Origin: the human T2T-CHM13v2.0 reference genome, Homo sapiens
Direction of reading: 5' to 3'
NCBI GenBank assembly: GCA_009914755.4
Contig: CP086569.2
Span: 21,760,001 to 21,824,000, forward strand
DNA length: 64,000 nucleotides
Shown here: in pieces, positions 25,973 through 47,700 of the stretch
Numbering within the stretch: the stretch's first letter is position 1
How the letters are laid out: every line of letters begins with the position of its first letter
The notes under the pieces: generated by a model
What the model was told of the DNA's origin: nothing
The model's database searches: none
What the model saw: only the letters and a program-made list of their open reading frames with translations
Made by a program: the position numbers and the translations under genes

Positions 25973-27899
25973 CCTTGACTGATCTTGGGTTAGAGGCCTG
26001 ATTTAGAAGGGTTAAAGTTTCTTCTAAGATTTATGTGGTTAGAGACCGCTCTGAGTAAAGTTACCTTTGGCTAACAATGGGTTTGGCACACACCACAAGC
26101 TATGCTGGTTGTATTAATCAGCTTTATCTTATTTACTCAATGAATACATTTCTTGGTTGCTGTCTCTCTTTCACTGTCATTTTCAGGAGACTCTTTAACT
26201 GGTCTTAGGGCTTTTAACTTACTCTTTCCCTGTGCGCATCTCAATTTTCATCTATTTGCTTATAAAAGACTGGGAACAAAAAGCATTGAAGCTATTGTCT
26301 CTAAAATTGTTGATTTAGATTCGGTGTTTAACGGCTATAAGAAATAGGTTTAAGTAGATATGGTTATGTTTTGTTGCCACCTTTCAGACCATCAAGAACA
26401 ACTAGGATGGAAATAAGGGGTCTTTTCTCCTTGATGTTTTGTTTCATTTTGCACACTAAAAAAAACACTACTTTCTTGAACTTCAGCAAACCAGCTTTGT
26501 TTGTCTGCTATTGCTCAGGGCCTGCTTGCTCTGGTCATTCCCATCTAAATCCTCTTTATCTCCTTTGCTTTAATTTGATATTTCTGTGGAAGTCCATGTT
26601 GTGATTTACCTAAGATTCATGGCTTGTTTCACTTACATTATTTGGATAATGTGAATAAGAGAATTCAATTTTCAGCAGGGATCCCCTCATTAATGCAGCT
26701 GGTCTTAAAAACCTCTCATTATTTTTAGTGGCCAAGCTTGAATGCTGAGACTAGTTTAAGCTGAACGGGCTTAAAAGGAGAAAACTGGTGTTTCTATGTA
26801 ATACCATTTGGTCTCTGTATTATTCCAAAAAACAAGAGAAATAGCCTTTTACTGGAACTACAGCTATAATAGTATACTTCAACTCAATTTAATTTGTAAG
26901 TGGGAGATAAAAATACTATATGTTCAAGCATTTTTTTGCTGCTCAGTCAGGATAAAACTCTGCATGTTTGATGAGAGAAAAATAGGAAAAAGAGCTAAAC
27001 ATACTAGATGACCCTTTAATGCAAACCCTCTCCTTCTGGTTCAGTGGGCATTTTTGGGTGGAGCAGAGCTTCCTTCTGTCAGCTCGAATGTTCAGGTGTA
27101 TTGGCCCTTTCCCTCTCTAGTCCACTTGAAAGTTCTATAGGGACCACTTAATCTATTCCAGTCCCCCTCTATGCCTACCATGCCCTGAGGAACTTAGGCC
27201 AGCAAGTACTACTTATAGTGGAGCCTCCTGTTTACCTTTAAAGTGAAATCTTTGTCCACTCACAGGGGTGGCAAATGGGGAAGAAGTCGCTGTGAAAGTG
27301 CATGTTCTCTTTTCTATGTCTGCTTTTGGTCCTACATAAAGAGAAAATCATTTTTTTCTGAAAATCTAGGAAAATTTACAGATAAATTTGGGAAATTCAC
27401 TCTAACCTATAGTTTAACTAGGCAGGATCTGCATGTTTTGTTGTCTGTGTGTTGTACAGTGGAAGAGAAACAATGCATTTTGGGGGTAGATAGGTCCATG
27501 CACATGAAGTATTGGGTTAAAACCAAAATCATAATATATGTCAGGCAGGAGGTATAGCCTTTTGAGATCAAGATTCAGAGAGGAACTATCAAAGGAGCAG
27601 TGAGGACTTGGGGATGAGAGATGATACGGTCAGTTGTTTATTGAGAGGAATGAAGAAATATACAAAAAAGCCTTTTAACTGTGAAAAAGTTAAGGAAGTT
27701 TCTCAGCACAAATGTGAGAATCCAGATTTGTTTCAAGGGCTTTTAATTGAGAAAATCAGGTAATATACTAACACTGATCCTGCCTCAAGGGAAGGACAAA
27801 AGCTTTTTGGAGTGCATTTTGTAACCCAGTCTGCCCCTTACATCCATAGGAAACTACAAAAAGCAACTATGCGTCCTCAAATTCCTATGTAACATCTTT

Positions 27900-29517
27900 T
27901 GGATATGGCATTTTTAGTTTTTAATAACAGGGAAAAAGCAGAGGAAGCAGAAAGAGCAATAAAGGCCTCCCACAAAGTGCAGCTCAAAGCTGTAACCTTA
28001 AGCTTACTGTCCATATGAGGTTGCCCTCCTGGCTCTTGGCCTGAACAAGTGAAGCTGAAAGTGGGAATTACAAAGCTCAGTGTCCAAGTCACCATGGCTT
28101 AGGCATGAATCAGTGTGCACACTGGAAGAAAACTGGCCATTGGAAGAGAGATACCCAGCATTCCAAAGGGAGCCATTGGCACACAAACCAATGATGACCA
28201 AAATAGTCAGGCAAGCACAAGAGTTATGGGGTCTGAAAACTTCTGTTATAACTCCCATTGGACAACTAGCCATGTCTCCAGAGGAACCTCAGGTAACACT
28301 TGATGTGGCAGGTAAGTTTGTTAACTTCTTTCTGGACTGCTGACTCAGTTTTCATTCATTGTAATGGACCTCTGTCACCCAAAATTGTATGGTCATGGAG
28401 ATAGATGGCCAAACCTATAGAAGCAATTTTACCTATCCTCTAAACTATTCTTATGGACTTTGGTTTTCTCACATTACTTTCTTATTATGTCTGGATGCCA
28501 CAGGGCAGTAGCAGCAACTGTTCTTTTAGTAGATGAAGCCAATGAACTGCTTTTAGGACAATATATGGAGGCTTTAACTTCACACCAAGTATAAGGAGTA
28601 CTGGAAGCTAAAAGACACCAGTGGATGACAGGGGGATGCTTATTGAAATATCAGGCTTTGTTACTAGAAATTCTTGATGAACTGTTAATACCAGGTGACA
28701 ATCAGTGAAAAAAAGTTAAGCATTTGCATGACTGTACTCATTTGGGAAGAAATTCTATGTTTCAATTAACGTCACAGCTTTTTACAGGAAAAGGCTTACT
28801 TAAAAGAGTAAAGCGAGTAACTCAGACTTGTGAACATGTGCACTTTTACCAGTTGGGTTCAGGACTTTCCTAAGCAATCTCAAAAGGAAATAGAGGTTTC
28901 TGAACTCCTACTAAAGGAGTAATTGCTAGATTTTGGTGGCCTAAAAACTTACAGAGAGATAATGCCCCATCGTTCATAATGACAATTACAAAAAACCTAT
29001 CTTCATCTCCAGGAATTCCTTAGTACCAAAATTGTATTTAAACTTCTGGGAATAAAGTTCTGGGTCCACTTATATCGATTTAATCCTGTCTCTTATGAAA
29101 ACTCACAGGCTGATGGAACACAAGAGATTGATCCCATTTATTCCTGTGAACCAATCAGTGACTTCTGACTTCTGTTCAGAAGAAATGAAAGTGATGGGTA
29201 ACATAAAGATATGGATTGGTATTCTACTTTTGGGTATAAATTGGAATCAAGCAGACAGTAACTTATTTACTGAGGGGGCACAGATTTTAGCATCTCTATA
29301 TAACCAAAAAAACCATTAGGTATGAGGAGAATTGCTGCCATTCTCTACCGTTGTGTTGCCCTGGCATATTCAACCAACCAACTTAAGTTTATAAGGATTT
29401 TATTATTATTAGGAAACTGAACATTATAAATATAGCCCCTCTTCTCCCATGTATCACAGCCACATGGGACTTAGGTGCTTCCCTTTCTATGAAGAGACAA
29501 GAAGGCACCTTTGTTTT
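27900..29517 (+). mobile_element. Ancient class I (gamma-like) ERV internal remnants, pro and IN.
   Basis: The protease-start-like motif ..PEEPQVTLDVAGKFVNFFLDC lies at 28230-28343. The integrase-core-like motif ..FWWPKNLQRDNAPSFIM..LLGIKFWVHLYRFNPVSYENSQADG is near 28900-29150 (compare GTDNGPAFVS..LGI.WKLH.AYRPQSSGQVER). Confidence 0.5.
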
Positions 29518-32572
<3,055 letters not shown>

Positions 32573-32589
32573 AGAAGGCAACTTTTTAA

Positions 32590-33900
32590 TCTAATTAGAA
32601 AACAGCTAACATCCGCCCCAACTTTAGGTTATGCTATACATAATGAAGTTGTGTGAATGTCAGCTGTTCAAGTGCAGTTATCAGACAAAGCACCTCTATG
32701 TTTTGAAAGGCACAATAATAGTTACCACCAGACTGAAGTCCGTTGTATGAGATAGCTCTCATCTTAACAATGTAATCAGACCCTTCTTTAACCAACAACA
32801 TGTGAATGTGATGGCAAGATAATTTGCCAAAAATGAGTTCCTACCCTTCTTCTTGGGGATGGTTATGGGCATGTAGAACTCATGGCTGGCCATACTTACA
32901 TTATAACTGGACAGGAAGTTGTACATGGGGTCACCCTTATCTCCCAGGAGGTATCCTCACAAAATTGGACTCTCCCCCATCTAACCAAGAAATTGTAAAA
33001 GCTTCCCATAGGCAACAAAAATGGTCATCTTGGTGGTTCTATCTGATGGCTATGTTTTCCCCACAGGTAGCTACAATTCTAAGTACAATCAAGTTAGAAG
33101 TTGAAGCTTTAGCCGAACACACTGCTACAGATTTCAATAATGCAGGCCATGCCCTTACCTTTTTTTAAATATATTTTTTATAAGACAGCATCTCAACTCT
33201 ATCACCCAGAGTGGAGTGGAGTGGTGTGATCTTGGCTCACCACAATTTCCACCTCCTAGGCTCAAGCAATTCTACTGCTTCAGTCTCCTGAGTAGCTGAG
33301 ATTACAGGCATGTGGCCCTACCATGTGGCTAATTTTTGTAATTTTAGGAGAAACTAGGTTTCAGCATGTTGGCCAGGCTGGACAACATGACCTGACCCCA
33401 AATGATCCACCCACCTCGACCTCCCAAAGTGCTGGGATTACAGGTGTGAGCCATTGTGCCAGGCCCCTTACCTTCTTAACTGTGGAAACTTCTCAGATTA
33501 TGCAGGTAGTCTTACAAAATCATATGGCTTTGGACATTTTAACAGCAGCTGAAAAGGGAACTTGTGCTCTGTTCAAAACTTAATGTTGTGTGTATGTTCC
33601 AGACTATTCACATAATATTACCGAGGCTATGAAAACTTTAGACACTCATATATCTGCCATTGATGTGCTATCAGTTGACCCTATATTGGCTTGGTTCAAA
33701 CAACTGCCCAATTCTTGAAGGCCTCCCTGTTAAGTTTACTTGCAATATTTTTCTCATTTTGCTTTGCTGTTGTGGAATCCATTGTAGTTGTATTCTTTGT
33801 GTAGGAATGCAAGATAATCTCACTCAATGCTTTCTTAAATTGGCCACTTATTAATCTTCCAGATATCACCTTTTGCTGAGACTTAGAGTTATGAAGGACC
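32590..33900 (+). mobile_element. env: Ancient ERV env, SU C-terminal part plus TM with the immunosuppressive domain.
   Basis: ..ATILSTIKLEVEALAEHTATDFNNAGHALTF / [59 protein letters not shown]. This carries the gamma-retroviral TM consensus LQNRR.LD.LTA..GG.C..L.EECCFY. Confidence 0.6.
33161..33466 (-). mobile_element. Alu SINE inserted in the ERV env, with a target-site duplication.
   Basis: It runs from poly-T to ..cctcgacctcccaaagtgctgggattacaggtgtgagccattgtgccaggccc. It is flanked by a cttacct duplication at 33154-33160 and 33467-33473. Confidence 0.9.
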
Positions 33901-34412
33901 TTAAATATACTAATCCTCTCTGACTGAGCTTCTCTCTACCCTGAATGCAAGAAACCCTAATAGTTAGGTAGGAATATCGTTGGCCCTATTCAGCCTGAGG
34001 AAGTTACAGAAGATGGATCTTTGCCCCTCTGCAACGCTTAGGATTAAAGGTCCTCTTGTAAAGGGAGGGAGCAATACATCAGAGGGACTGGAACCAGAGT
34101 GACTCCATTTGTCTGATGGCCAGAACATTGAGGCTTGAGACTTGCTGGGCTGTCATTCCAGAAAGTTAGCCATTCCTAGTCTCTACATGTTTACAGTCAA
34201 GAGAACAAATTAATAATGTTTACTAAACAGACCCAGACTTGGGAGTGTCCAGATATTTCAATATCTGGAGGACAAAGGCATTTCTAATTTTGCTTTAAAT
34301 ATAATCATATTGATTCTTGAGATATAAGTTGTAATTAAGAAAATTAATTCTTTATTACAAATTCTTGTAGCAGAACACATCTACTGATATATACAAGCTT
34401 TGTACTTAAGGT

Positions 34413-34590
34413 GGATGCGTTCCTCTTCTTACTTTCAAGAACATCCTGTTCTGTCTATGCAGTAGTTGTTCTTTTACCACTTTACTTTGTTAATAAACTT
34501 GCCTTTACTTTTTGCTGTACACTCATGCTTTATTCTTTCTTGAGATTCAAAAACCATCTCTTAATGTCTGGATGGGGACTCCTTTTCTGT
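34413..34590 (+). mobile_element. LTR-end-like segment, possibly the 3' LTR remnant of the ancient ERV.
   Basis: It is homologous to 25113-25290. Confidence 0.35.
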
Positions 34591-35046
34591 AGTAGAAGGG
34601 GGTTACTTATATCATTTTTACATATTTTAATAACATACTCTTCTCAAATAAATGCAGTTGAATTCTAAAGAAAAAAGTTAGCTCTAAACCATGAGATGCC
34701 TTGTAGTCACATATTTGTTTTTTACTTTTATGCTGGGTGTATTCATTTTTACATGTTATTGGATGTATCAAATCTTAAAACTGATGTCTTTCTGACAAAA
34801 TACTCTTCTGCACTGACCCTTTTTATTGCTGAGAATTTTTTTTTTTTGCCTTGAAGACAATTTGACCTGATTTCATAAAAGTGCTAAGAGCTTTTTCTGT
34901 TGTTTGTTCTATGATAATTTCTTTTTGTTGACTGCTTTTATTTCTTCTTCTTATGCTTTAGTGTGAGTCTAAAAACACCTGACAATCTATAGTTGTGAAC
35001 AGGTAAGTTTAGCCTATTTGCACATAGTTACTTCAAAAATAGCACT

Positions 35047-35145
35047 TTTTTTTCCTTTTTGAGACAGAGTCTCACTCTGTCACCTAAGCTAGAGTGCGGT
35101 GATAAGATCTCATCTTACCGCAAAACCTGCCTCCCAGTTTCTTTT
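35047..35145 (-). mobile_element. Alu fragment, 3' part only.
   Basis: tttttgagacagagtctcactctgtcacctaagctagagtgcggtgat..ctcatcttaccgcaaaacctgcctcccag. Confidence 0.6.
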
Positions 35146-41237
<6,092 letters not shown>

Positions 41238-41694
41238 CCCCCTTTCATTTTTTTTAACTGAGATTCTTGGATAGGTAGATTTGTGTTTAACAGTATATTT
41301 AGAAAGTTTCAACCATTTTTTATTCAAATATTCTTCCTATTCCTATCTCCTTTTCCTGTGAGACTCTTATTATGGATATGTTGATATGCTTGATGGTGTC
41401 CCATGGCTGACTTAGTTTTGCTTATTTTCCTTTATTGTTTTTCTTCTCTTATTCCTTAGACTGAATAATGCTAAACAGTTCATCTGCAACTTCCCTGATT
41501 ATGGTTTCTGCCTGTTTATGCATCTTATTCAATCCCTCTAGTTAGAGGATATTGATTCCATTATTTAAAATTATGTATATGTATTCATTGGTATTCTGCA
41601 TTTATTGAAAACTTGTTCTCCCAGCTTCCCTTAGGGCTTTGAGAACATTTAAGTAAAGTGAAATAAAATATTTGCCTAGAAAGAACCATGAATT

Positions 41695-41925
41695 ACTAGG
41701 GAGGATTGCTTAAGTCCAGGAATTGAGACCATTAGGGGTAACAAAACAAGACCCTGTCTCTAGATAAAATAAACATTAGCAATGTTAGTGGCATGCACTT
41801 CTGGTCTTAGCTACATGACAGGCTGAAGTGAGGGGGTCACTTGAGCTCAGGAGTTCGAGGCTGCAGTGAACCTAGTTCTGCCTGTGTGACTGAGGGATAC
41901 CCTGTCTCAATAAAGTGAAATAAAA
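41695..41925 (+). mobile_element. Alu, 5'-truncated.
   Basis: gggaggattgcttaagtccaggaattgagacc..ggctgaagtgagggggtcacttgagctcaggagttcgaggctgcagtgaacc..ccctgtctcaataaa. Confidence 0.7.
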
Positions 41926-44700
41926 TAAAACAATAAAATAAAGATATGACAAATAATTAAGAAAAGTATCTGTGCTACTAGCACACTTTTTATAACAAAC
42001 AATTTTTGACACTAAAACAGAGAAAGGTAGGGGCAGCAGTATGGAAAAACTTGTATAATGTCCACAGTAAATTGTAATTCACTGTATATTATTATAAATT
42101 TAAGATATCAATACAATCCCCCTAATGGCCACCATGAAAATAACTCTTAAAATGTACTGAAAATAAATGAGGAGGCAGTAAAAATGGTACCCTTAGAAAA
42201 ACAATCAAATGCAAAAATGAGCAGGTTTTGAAGCAATTGAAGAAGAAATAAGTGACTTGTGGAAAACAAGGAGCAAAATAGAATGAATTATTTTCTTATC
42301 AGTGATTTAAATGCAAATTCATTAAACTCCAGTTAAAAGACACAGATGGGCAGCATGGTTTTTAAAATATTTTTTTTGAATGGAGGCATTCAATTTTATG
42401 TAAACATTAACAAAAAAAGAACTGGAGAAACTATGCTAATGTCAAAAAAGTTTAATCCATCAAGAAGATATAACATACATATACCTAATAATAGATCCTT
42501 AGGATGTATGAAAGAAAAACCAACAGATTTGAGGAATTAGACAGTTCTGCAATTGTGTCTGAAGATTTCAACATCCCACTTTCAACAATACATGAAACAA
42601 CTGAACAGAAGATCAATAGGAAAACGTATGTCTTAAATAGCATTATACACCAAATAAGGCTATCAAACATATAAAAAACAGTTTAGTTTCCAAACTGACT
42701 ACACATCCTTCTGAAATGTACACGGGTTATTCTCCATGTTGTTTCCTGAACAGACTACATGGTACACTACAAAACAAGTCTCATTATATTTAAAATGGTT
42801 GAAATCACACATAATATTTTCCCCAACCACAGTGGAATAAAACTAGAGACCCATTTTCAAAAAACTAGAAGTGTAAAATAGGTGGAAATAAAACAATAAA
42901 TAAAACAATGGCTCACTAAAGAATCTGCAAGTAATTATGAATTACTTGCAGATAAATGGAAAAATACCACATACTAAAACTTCTGGAATACAACAAAATC
43001 AATTCTGAGAAATATATAATTGTAAAATATACATAAAAAAGAAATATAAACTCAATAATATAAAATTACACACAAAGACGTAGAAAACTGCAAACTAGAG
43101 GAGAGAACTGTTGGCATAGTAATGAAAGCTTGCATCACTCCCTCCAACCCACCATCCAACTCAAACCCCCAGAACATACATAGGAAACAACAACAAAACA
43201 ACTATATATACACATATGAGAGGTTATCACCGGTTATCACCAACAGTATCTTAGAACTCAAATAGGAGAATGAGACAGTTTCTAGGGTAACACAGAAGTG
43301 AAAAAACTCCATGCAGATCGTAAAACAGTTGGGTTCTACATTCATGACACTTCCATATTCATGACACTTTTCTAGTATGCCAACAAACTTGTGTGAAAAA
43401 AAAATTCCCCTGACTTATGGTTACTAACTAGAAAAAATAAGATTCAGATGGACAACCAGCTTTCCAATCATTTCGGGTTCCCTAGAAGAACTCTTTCTTC
43501 CTTAACTCATGGGAAGCCTTGTAATGTCTTAAGGTAAAAAATTTCCTGAGGAAATCCAGGGATAAAGCATGGAGGCAGCACTACTGTTTCCAGCCTGGTT
43601 ATTTCAGCCACAGAAGATGTCAAATCAGAGTGCCTGTGCAGCAGTACCATGTAGTATATGGTATATTTCACGATTTCCCTAAGCACAAACCAATGGCCAG
43701 CCTTCCCACCCTGCTAGGGTATCCCCTTCAGGATCTCCCTAATAGGGGATTAGCACTGCTTGAAGCTTGCTAGAGCTGAGACAGACCTGGGCTTAAGGCA
43801 CCATTTATGGCCAAAAAAGAGGTACTGACCTAGTCAAAAACAAAGAAATGAAACCTCAACAACAAGTATGTTGTAAAGAAACCTCAAAGCAAACATATCC
43901 AATAAAAAACAAAATAAGACAGAGATAATATTGGACTAAATAACTAATCCTTCAATAAAAAGATATGGATATATAACCACAAGAAATACCAAACAGGGAA
44001 CCATAACCTTCCCAAATGGATGAAGCAAGGAACCAGTGACCAATGCTAACTAATGAGATGGCTATCAGTGAGTTCTCTGATCAAGAATTCAAAATAGCAG
44101 TTTTCAGGAATCTCAAGTCTCCAAATCATCACTAAAAAGGAAAAAATAAACAAATGAAATAAAATAATTAAAAATTTTAAAGATCCTGGAACTGAGAAAT
44201 ATATTGGCTAAAGTAAAAATCTCACTAGAGGCTCTGAAAGCAGAAGAGATGTAATAGAATAAACAATCAGTGAGCTCTATAACAGGTTTTTAGAAAATGC
44301 ACAAAGAAGTAGAACGGAAAACAATGAAAAGGAATAAAGAACACTTACAAGATATACACAATTAACTCAAAAGAGCAAATCTAATAATTAGTGATTTGTA
44401 AGATGGAGCTCAGCAAGAGGAATGGACAGAGAGAATATTCAAATGAATAGTAACAACTTTCTAAAATGTGACAGAGATATAAATCTACAGGTTCTGAAAG
44501 ATCAGAGAACACCAAACAGATTAAAGCAACCAAATAAAACTACCACAAGGCAAATAATAATTGATGTCTAAAACATCAAGAATACAGGGGATCCTTAAAG
44601 CACTAAAGGAAAAGAAACAACAAACAGAAAAGCTTGAAATTATTTGGAAACAGATTTGTTGACAGGCCAGGAGGGGTTGGAATGGCATATTCAAAGTGCT
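41926..44700 (+). mobile_element. Old L1 (L1M-type) fragments.
   Basis: The sequence is A-rich and ORF2/ORF1-like in translation (for example ..LSDQEFKIAVFRNLKS..). It is highly diverged, and the subfamily is not determinable. Confidence 0.4.
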
Positions 44701-44715
44701 GGAAAAGAACAATCA

Positions 44716-47700
44716 TTCCAAGATGGCCAAATAGAACAGCTCCAGTCTATAGCTCCCACTGTGCTCGATGCAGAAGATGGGTGATTTCTGCATTTCCAAC
44801 TGAGGTACCTTGTTCATCTCATTGGGACTGGTTGGACAATGGGTTCAGCCCAGGGAGTGTGAGCCAAAGCAGGGTGGGGCATCGCCTCACCTGGGAAGTG
44901 CAGAGTTGGGGGATTTCCCTTTCCTAGCCAAGGGAAGCTATGACAGATGGTAACTGGAAAAGTAGGACACTCCTGCCCTAATGCTGCACTTTTCCAATGG
45001 TCTTAGCAAACAGTACACCTAGAGATTATATCCTATGCCTGGCTTGGTGGGTCCCACACCAAGGGAACCTTGCTCACTGCTAGCACAGCCGTCCCATATC
45101 GAACCGCAAGGTGGCAGCCAGGCTGTGGGAGCGTCAGCTGCCATTGCTAAGGCTTGACTAGGTAAACAAAACAGCCAGGAAGCTCGATCTGGGCATAGCC
45201 CACTGCAGCTTAGCGAGGCCTGCCTGCATCTATAGGCTCCACCCCTTGGAGTAGGATATAGCTGAACAAAAGGCAGCAGAAACTTCTGCAGACATAAACT
45301 TCCCTGTTTGACAGCTCTGAAGAGAGCAGTGGTTCTCCCAAGCACAGAGTTTGAGCTCTGAGACAAAGCTTCCAGAGGAAGGATCAGGCAGCAATATTTG
45401 TTGTTCAGTAATGTTTGCTGTTCAGCAATATTTGCTGTTCTGCAATATTTGCTGTTCTGCAGCCTCTGCTGGTGACACCCAGGAAAAGAGGGTCTGAAGT
45501 TGACCTCCAGGAAACTCCAACAGACTTGCAGCTGAGGGTCCTGGCTGTTAGAAGGAAAACTAACAAACAGAAAAGAATAACATCAACATCAACATAACAT
45601 AAAGGACATCTGCACAAAAACTCCATTTATAGGTCACCATCATCTAAGACCAAAGGTAGATAAAACCACAAAGATGGAGAGAATTCAGAGTAGAAAAGTT
45701 GAAAATTCTAAATACTGAGTGCCTTTTCTCTTCCAAAGGCTTGCAGCTCCTTTCCAGCAATGAAACAAAGCTGGATGCAGAATGACTTTGATGAGTTGAC
45801 AGAAGTAGGCTTCAGAAGTTTGGTAATAACAAACTTCTCTGACCTAAAGGATGATGTTCAAAACCATTGCAAGAAAGCTAAAAACTTTGAAAAAATATAG
45901 ATGAATGCCTAACTAGAAATAACAGCATAGAGAAGAATTTAAATGACATGATGGAGCTGAAAAACATGGCATGAGAACAGTGTGATGCTTGCACAAGCTT
46001 CAGTACCCAATTAGATCAAGTGGAAGAAAGGGTATCAGTGATTGAAGATAAAATTAGTGAAATGCAGCAAGAGGAGAAGTTTAGAGAAAAAAGAAATAAT
46101 CAAAGCCTCCAAGAAATATGGGACTGTGTGAAAAGACCAAATCTGTGTTTGATTGGTGAACCTGAAAGTGATGGGGAGAAGGGAACCAAGTTGGAAAACA
46201 CTTCAGGGTATTATCCAGGAGAACTCCCCCAACCTAGTAAGGCAGGTCAACATTCAAACTCAAGAAACAGAGAGAATGCCATAAGGATACTCTTTGAGAA
46301 GAGCAACCCCAAGACACACAATTGTCAGATTCACAAGGTTGAAATAAAGGAAAAAATGTTAAGCACAGCCTGAGAGAAAGGTCAGGTTTTCAACAAAGGA
46401 AGCCCATCAGACTAACAGCAGATCTCTCAGCAGAAACTCTACATGCCAGTAGAGATTGGGGGCCAATATTCAACATTCTTAAGGGAAATAATTTTCAACT
46501 CAGAATTTCATATCCAGCCAAACTAAGCTTCACAATTGAAGGAGAAATAAAATCCTTTACAGACAAGCAAATTCTGAGAGATTTTGTCACCACCAGACCT
46601 GCATTATAAGAGCTCTTGAAGGAAGCATTAAACGTGGGAATGAACAACCGATACCAGCCACTGCAAAAACATACCAAATTGTAAAGACCATTGATGCTAG
46701 GAAAAAACTAGAAAAAAACATCATAATGACAGAATCGAACTCACTCATAACAATATGAACCTTAAATGTAAATGGCTTAAATGCCCCGATTAAAAGACAC
46801 AGACTGGAAAATTGGATAAAGAGTCAAAACCCGTCAGTGTGTTGTATTCATGAGACCCATCTCATGTGCAGAGACAGACATAGGTTCAAAATAAAGGGAT
46901 GGAGGAATATCTACCAAGCAAATGGAAAACAAATAAAAAGCAGTGGTTGCAAACTTAGTCTCTGATAAAACAGAGTTTTTACCAACAAAGATCAAAAGAG
47001 ACAAATAAGACCATTACATACTGGTAAAGGTATCAATTCAACAAGAAGATAAAACTATCTTATATATGCGCCCAATGTGGAGAACCCAGATTCATAAAGC
47101 AAGTCCTTAGAGATCTACAAAGAGACTTAGACTCCCACACAATAATAATGGGAGATTTTAATACTCCATTGTCAACATTAGACAGATCAATGAGACAGAA
47201 GGTTAACAAAGATATCCAGGACTTGAACTCAACTCTGCACCAAGTGGATCTAATAGACATCTACAGAACTCTGCACCCCAAATCAACAGAATATACATTC
47301 TTCTCAGCACTGCATCATACTTATTCCAAAACTGACCACTTAGTTGGAAGTAAAGCACTCCTCAGCAAATGTAAAAGAATAGAAATCACAACAAACTCTC
47401 TCAGACCATAGTGCAATCAAATTAGAACTCAGGATTAAGAAACTTAACCAAAACTGCACAACTACATGGAAACTGAATAACAAGCTCCTGAAAGATAACT
47501 GGATAAATAACGAAATGAAGGTAGAAATAAAGATGTTCTTTGAAACCAGTGAGAACAAAGACACACATAACAGAATCTCTGGTCACATTTAAAGCATTAT
47601 GTACATTAAAAATTTTAGTACCAAATGCCCACAAGAGAAAGAGGGAAAGATCTAAAACTGACACCCTAACATCACAATTAAAAGAATTAGAGAAGCAAGG

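Noticed and set aside
28004-28343. ORFs of 87-89 aa on both strands, considered as a host gene.
   Set aside because: The + ORF (..QELWGLKTSVITPIGQLAMSPEEPQVTLDVAGKFVNFFLDC) is better explained as a decayed retroviral protease start inside the ancient ERV. The - ORF is its antisense shadow.
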